Shown here in pieces: positions 42,528-47,873 of a DNA stretch of 47,873 nt. The notes under the pieces were generated by a model that worked only from the letters and a program-made list of their open reading frames with translations, had not been told where the DNA came from and made no database searches. This DNA comes from Chrysochromulina tobinii. Lineage: Eukaryota. Position 1 is the stretch's first letter. Every line of letters begins with the position of its first letter. The stretch covers positions 1 to 47,873 of the forward strand of contig JWZX01003389.1 in assembly GCA_001275005.1 (NCBI GenBank), read 5' to 3'. A program made the translations under genes and the position numbers.

Positions 42528-43876
42528 CCAGCCGTCGCGCCATGGCATTGCCGGCGGCGTGCGTCTGCACACTACCCCGAGAGTCACCCGAGAGGCGCGC
42601 GCACGCGAGAGAGCGCCGTAGAGAGTACCAAGGCGCTGGGGGCAGACGCCCAGCATGGAGGGGGCTGCCGCGCGCGAAAGGGATCGATCATCTGTTGGCT
42701 GGGAGAGCGGCAGCCGGGCATGGCCGCGGATGCGTGCCTGGAGCGAGCGAGAGGAGAAGCATCAGGGCGGGCACGCTAAAATGCATGCACGCGGGGGGCG
42801 CCCGCGTTCGCCCGTGGTCACACTGCACAGTGGGTGCCATGACCACATGGCTTGAGCGCACACGAGGCGACGGGGGTACATGGCCGTTTGTCGTTCCCCA
42901 AAAAGTGTAAAGTCTCTGAAAAGTCTTACCAAAAGTCTAAATACCGTATCCGATAGTGCATAGTCGACACGCCATCAACACGGTATCCGACGTCCGGAAT
43001 GATGCGAGTGATTATTCATGACATGAGGGCGGCAGGGCGGCGACGGAAGCCTCTGTGGTGTACAGCTAAACAGCCCGGAGCCTTAGTTTCCGGCGCGGCC
43101 AGCGTCGCCTCCCCTCCGTCGAGCGTATACTGTACGTAAATTGTGCGCCGCCAGAGTCCGAACGAAACACTGTTGTTACCCGCGCGCGCCGGAAATAACG
43201 GATAAAACTAAGTTAAAACGGGGGCGGGGGAGCGGCCGACGACGTGGTCGGCACAAGGCGCCCCGCCGACGGCGCGAGGGCGGGACCGGGATCTCGTACT
43301 CTCGTCAACCGACGTTCGATTATAAATCATTACCAGTAAACGACCGAAGAAACGCATAAGCCATAAGGCACTCCATCGGGCATCGGCATAACGGGAAGTC
43401 GACTCAACTAATCGATATCGATCGTCCAAAAGTATCGAAGCGACGTCTCGATGACGTTGGCGGTTGCGGGCGGGCGCCGGGTGGAGGGGTGGTCTGGGCG
43501 CTTGTCGTGTTGATGTTGTGAATCCGGTCGCGACGATGCGCGAAATCGGTAAGAAGTTTGGCGTGTGCCGTGTGGCGCGGGTTCCCGCGCGGGCTGTCGA
43601 CCATGCTGTCGACAGTCAAGTGTCCAGTCGAGTGTCGTGCCGCATTGGAGGCAGTGTCGCGCGTGGTCAAGTGTGTCGGGCCCCGACACACTTCGGTGCG
43701 TCCTGTTCGGACCGCCAGTCGGGCGTCACCGAGAAGTTATCGAGCTCATCCGCGATCTGGTGCTGTTAAATAATGTAACTACTACAGTCTGCGGCGCAAT
43801 TTGCATACATGTTGACTCAGAGTTCCCCAGGAGAACGACCTGCGCCTGGGGGGCTCTAGCCGGGGCTAATCACGGG

Positions 43877-44788
43877 CTACATGAAGCCAGTGCTGAAATC
43901 CCGCGTTGCCGTGCTGGCGGGGTCCGTGGTGGGAGGAGCGGGTGGTGGACTCTTGCTATTACTCGTCGATCCTAACGCTCCCGCCGCCTTGTTTTTCCAG
44001 TGCGCGGCGTGGTAGGTGATGGCCTCGATCCACCGGTTGCACTCCGCGTTGTCCTCGGCCTTGAGGATGAGGCTCGCGGGCGGGCAGTGCACGGAGAAGC
44101 AGTACGGGCCATACTCCTCTATCGGAAGCCGATCGACTTTCTTCATGTCGCACAGCGGCAGCATGATGTTGGCCGAGCGCGACTTGTTCTTGGCATAGTT
44201 GAGCGTGCCGTACCGCTGCGAGATCGAGAAGTAGCGCGTGCCCCATTCGGAGCCGAACATCCTCTTCTTGGCGTGCTTCTTTTGGAGCCAGCCCTCCAGC
44301 AGCGGAAACGGCTCGGCGGACGACACCACACTGTCCCTGCTGCTGGCAGCCGTGTCGCTGCCGCTCTTGGCGCCCTCCGTGGGCGGCATTGCGAGCAATG
44401 AAATTGGATGAGGTGCAGGCAGCGCAGGCAGCCCGATTGCAGGAGGTGCTGGCAACCCCGTAGGCGCGGTGGGCTTCGCCGCCTTTGACCGCTCGGGAGG
44501 AGACCTCACGGCAATAGCGGCCTTGTGCTTGGGTTCGTAAGAAGGCTTTTCATCTTCAGGCTCCGGCGATTCCGACCGCGCCGACGCTGGCGGTCGCATG
44601 GGTGAGATGATCATAGAGTTCACCGCACCCGCTTCGATCACCCTCAATTCAGGCACCATGTCGTCGTCACTGTCGTCGCCGCTGCTTTCCGCTGCCTTTG
44701 CCTTCGTCTCTGGTATCTCTGCCCTCTGCAGGCTTCCAGGATCATCATCCCACGCGCGAGCGGACGACGGCCGGCTCGATCCGCGCAT
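43877..44788 (-). CDS. PH-domain protein
   Basis: LLEGWLQKKH...WGTRYF...LNYAK...LILKAEDNAECNRWIEAI. Confidence 0.85.
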   Translation of the reverse strand: MRGSSRPSSARAWDDDPGSLQRAEIPETKAKAAESSGDDSDDDMVPELRVIEAGAVNSMIISPMRPPASARSESPEPEDEKPSYEPKHKAAIAVRSPPERSKAAKPTAPTGLPAPPAIGLPALPAPHPISLLAMPPTEGAKSGSDTAASSRDSVVSSAEPFPLLEGWLQKKHAKKRMFGSEWGTRYFSISQRYGTLNYAKNKSRSANIMLPLCDMKKVDRLPIEEYGPYCFSVHCPPASLILKAEDNAECNRWIEAITYHAAHWKNKAAGALGSTSNSKSPPPAPPTTDPASTATRDFSTGFM

Positions 44789-44838
44789 AGTTGCGAGTTC
44801 GTGTCGCGATATGTTCCAACAAGAGTTCCGGAAATACC

Positions 44839-44955
44839 GGGAAAAAGACGCCGGGGGGAGCCGGGACTTACACGAGACACACACCGGTATAGTAAAAAGA
44901 CGCCGGGAGGAGCCGGGACACACGGGACACCGGTGGGAGCCGGACACACGAGACG
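44839..44955. promoter_or_regulatory. Dispersed upstream motif, copies 3 and 4 in tandem
   Basis: gggaaaaagacgccggggggagccgggac (51 bp upstream of ATG 44788) and gtaaaaagacgccgggaggagccgggacacacgggacac. Confidence 0.5.
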
Positions 44956-45159
44956 GAATTACCGGTACAGTCAGCAAGCTAGCGCGCTATTTCAAAACAC
45001 CTTCATCTGTTTTACCCAAGGCCGGCAAGGGGGTAGGGGAGGGATAAATATCTGGATTTGCTCACTATCCTCATACCCTGATTTCAAACTTCGTGCGGGG
45101 AGACAAAAAGCACAAAATATCTCAAGTAGGAATTCCACACGCCGCGTCTCAGGTCACAC

Positions 45160-46005
45160 TCACAGATCCTCCTTGTCGCCGCCCTGCTTGGCCGCTTTCA
45201 TCATCGCCGCGATGAATCCTTGCACCTCCGTCTTGCTGAGATAGCCGTTCGTGTCGGCATCGAGTGAGGCCCAGAAATCCACCTCGTCCTCCCCTTCAGC
45301 CTTTTGTTGAGCTGCGAACTGCTCAAGGACGGCCTTCATCTCCGCCTTGCTTAGCTGTCCGTCCTTGTTAGCGTCGAGGTTCGTGAACATGCCGTCCGCC
45401 ATATCGTGTTCACTCATGCCCGGCGACTGATCCTTCGACCCTGCTTTGCTTGCGGGCGTCGAGGTCGACTGCATCATCTTTGCCGCCATCGCCTTGAAGG
45501 TCTCCTCTGCTTCCGTGCGGCTCACCTTGCCGTCCTGGTCACGGTCGAGCGTCTTGAACAGGTCATGCTCTGGCTCGCCTTTGGCACGCGCCGCAGCATT
45601 GATTTCGTCGAGCATGGCTCGCATTTCGTCGCGCTGCAGCATATCGTCCGAGTTTTTGTCCAGACGGTTGAAGAGCCTGGCTGCCATATGCTCAAGCTTG
45701 GGCGTGCTGCCAGGATTAGGCTTCATACTTTTCGGATCGTCGCACTCGCCAGGCTGGCCAGGACCGGGCCACGGCTCAAGCGGCGTGCCCTTTGGCCGAA
45801 TCGTCTCGGGAAGCTCATTCTGCATGTACTCAAAGAGGATCGAGCGCAGCTTCTCCTCGTCAGCATCCGCCTCAAATGGAACTGAGGCCTTGTTGCATAT
45901 CATTTTGAGCTGCTCGAGGTCTCTCCCTCGCAACGCGCACACACGTGGGTCAACAGCTGAAGCAAAGCCCACCAGCACCGCCACAACGATAAGTAGCTGC
46001 TTCAT
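45160..46005 (-). CDS. ER-lumenal multi-EF-hand calcium-binding protein
   Basis: Signal peptide MKQLLIVVAVLVGFASA; four EF loops (DKNSDDMLQRDE, DRDQDGKVSRTE, DANKDGQLSKAE, DADTNGYLSKTE); C-terminal KEDL. Confidence 0.88.
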   Translation of the reverse strand: MKQLLIVVAVLVGFASAVDPRVCALRGRDLEQLKMICNKASVPFEADADEEKLRSILFEYMQNELPETIRPKGTPLEPWPGPGQPGECDDPKSMKPNPGSTPKLEHMAARLFNRLDKNSDDMLQRDEMRAMLDEINAAARAKGEPEHDLFKTLDRDQDGKVSRTEAEETFKAMAAKMMQSTSTPASKAGSKDQSPGMSEHDMADGMFTNLDANKDGQLSKAEMKAVLEQFAAQQKAEGEDEVDFWASLDADTNGYLSKTEVQGFIAAMMKAAKQGGDKEDL

Positions 46006-46483
46006 GTCCGCCTTTCGATTCACCGACGAGCGAATAGCCGCAATCGTGAAGCGAAACCGGGCGATCTCGCGGATCTCGTCGAGGCACGTCAATTCTGAGG
46101 ATTCGATGTTGTTTCGACGGAAAGTTTTGGGTGAGTTCTAATATGACGATGCGAACGGCTACTGTGGTTGGGTGCATCGAGTTATGACGCTTTTCAACGC
46201 CGGATCCATGTCTTTAATGGATAGCCCGGCCCCCCGGGTGCCGGGAGGTGGGGAGGTCCTTTATGACGTCTTATCCTCGTCCGCCGATTCCGGCAAACCG
46301 ATTCAAAACCAAACTCGGCCCCACTGAAAACCAAACCCACACCTGCGACCAGAAGCGCGGCGCCTTTTCGCTCCCTCGACAGTTCAATGATCGATCAGAC
46401 GGTTTCAATCTCGGATGCTTCCCGCACCGGAGAGTCTCCGAACCCCGCCTTCCTCCGATTACTCAATAGCAGCCTGGTGCGCG

Positions 46484-47704
46484 TCAGTAGCCAGCGGCCA
46501 GTACCGGTACGTCAGATCCCGGCCCGTCATGTGCAGGCGCGGCCGGTGCCGGCGCGCCAGGCGCCAACGCGTCGGGCTCAGGCGCCGGCGCCTCAGGGAC
46601 CAGCGTGGTAGGTGGGTCCTCCGGCGTGGCGGGCGCCAGGAGCGACGGAGGCTGTTGGCCTGGAATTGTTGGGAGCGAATCTGGTCGCGCGGGCTCGTTC
46701 AGAAGACGCTCGAGCAGCACCTCCTTCATCTCAAGTGCCGCGTTGAAGTGCGACTGCTCGTAGCATGCAATTCGCACGCGCAGCGGCTGGTGTGGGTTCG
46801 ACTGGAAGTCGACTAGGTATGCATTGCTAAGTCCGGGTAACATGTTGTGCAGCTCGAAGCCCATGCCACCCGTTCCGAGTGTCGGCATCGCGACGCTGCT
46901 GTGGCCTGCCTCGCGCATCCGTCTGAAAAGGTTGAGGTGGAGCGTGTCACTCACTTGCCTCTCGAGCTGATCAACGCGGCTGCGCGGCGAGAGTCCGTCG
47001 GCGCTCGCAACCGTCGGCATTTGTCCAAACCCTTGGAAGAACATGCCGTTCAAGATGATCTGGTGTACCTCCCGCGGCGGACTGGTCACGCAGAACGCGA
47101 CCGTGTCTGCCAGCTTGCCGCCGGTCACCAGGTTCGCCGAGAGTGGCGCCAGCGGCAAGGGCAGCTTCGAGGCGGCTTCCTCCGTCTCATCACCCGCGGC
47201 GCGCCTCACCGCGCCCTGCGCACCAGTGCCATAATGGTCGAGATTGACGAGGCATGGGCAGGCGACGACGGTGCAGCCGCCAACCTGCTCCGCAACGGAA
47301 CCCAGGACAATCTCAATCCTGTCTTTCACTTCGCGCCTCATGTTGAGCCCCGTCTCGAAGAGCTTGACCCCAAAGGCCGGCCAAGGCCCCAGCTTCTCGG
47401 CACGTACCAGTCCATAATCAAACGCACACCGCCCCAAGTGCTTGGTCGTCATTTCGATCCAAAACTGATGGGTACCGGACTCGCAGCTGCAGCACTCGCG
47501 CAGCACTCGCGCGATAGCGTGGCACGTGAAGCTGAGCGCGAGGACGCTCTTTGGCGGGACATACTCGAGGCACATGTGCCACACCATTTCGCAGGGGAGC
47601 GACTCTAAGGTGACTCGAGGCTCCTCGTGCAGAGGTGGTGGAAGCGACCCAGCGGGCAGCTGTAGCGCTGGTGGCACTGCTGCCGGCTCGTCGAGATCGA
47701 TCAT
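46484..47704 (-). CDS. F-box plus macrodomain fusion protein
   Basis: LESLPCEMVWHMCLEYVPPKSVLALSFTCHAI (F-box); IEIVLGSV...GTGAQGAVRRAAG...SVAMPTLGTGGMGF (macro); Pro-rich tail. Confidence 0.72.
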   Translation of the reverse strand: MIDLDEPAAVPPALQLPAGSLPPPLHEEPRVTLESLPCEMVWHMCLEYVPPKSVLALSFTCHAIARVLRECCSCESGTHQFWIEMTTKHLGRCAFDYGLVRAEKLGPWPAFGVKLFETGLNMRREVKDRIEIVLGSVAEQVGGCTVVACPCLVNLDHYGTGAQGAVRRAAGDETEEAASKLPLPLAPLSANLVTGGKLADTVAFCVTSPPREVHQIILNGMFFQGFGQMPTVASADGLSPRSRVDQLERQVSDTLHLNLFRRMREAGHSSVAMPTLGTGGMGFELHNMLPGLSNAYLVDFQSNPHQPLRVRIACYEQSHFNAALEMKEVLLERLLNEPARPDSLPTIPGQQPPSLLAPATPEDPPTTLVPEAPAPEPDALAPGAPAPAAPAHDGPGSDVPVLAAGY

Positions 47705-47802
47705 GTGCCTCGTCTTAATTGCATCTCCGTCGGTTTTCCGTCGGAGCCCGTGCTCGCGCAAAAACCCGCGTGCCAAAAAACGGTTCCGTTAGTAGGATGT
47801 AA

Positions 47803-47873
47803 GGTAAAAAGACACCGGGGGGAGCCGGGACACACACGGGACACACGGGACACGCGGACGCACAAAGGCACAC
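47803..47873. promoter_or_regulatory. Dispersed upstream motif, copy 5
   Basis: ggtaaaaagacaccggggggagccgggacacacacgggacacacgggacac, 99 bp upstream of ATG 47704. Confidence 0.5.

Overview
Gene-dense, GC-rich eukaryotic nuclear DNA. The compact genes, short GT-AG introns filled with CTGAT/CTGAG micro-repeats and plastid/flagellar gene content suggest a haptophyte such as a Chrysochromulina-like alga (inference). About 25 protein genes are supported. They include a multi-exon IQ-motif protein, an IQ/CaaX protein, an alpha/beta hydrolase, an APC polyamine transporter, ICMT/PEMT-like and HIG1-domain membrane proteins, a small HNH-like protein, NSF, TrmH- and TrmB-type methyltransferases, a sulfotransferase, a BNR sialidase-like protein, F-box/NHL, MFS, a mitochondrial carrier, RSPH14, EF-hand, ARM, CBS, PH and F-box/macrodomain proteins. 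No rRNA, tRNA, CRISPR array or autonomous transposon was recognised. The most notable observations are: (1) an F-box fused to a degenerate macrodomain; (2) a conserved motif 50-100 bp upstream of four start codons, always in the same orientation, one copy interrupted by a MITE-like element; (3) introns that carry copies of their own exon junctions; (4) two unrelated neighbouring genes sharing a ~97% identical 165-bp promoter plus N-terminus; (5) a stand-alone HNH-like ORF with a duplicated 3' end and a structured downstream region. All domain calls are by eye; no database searches were run.
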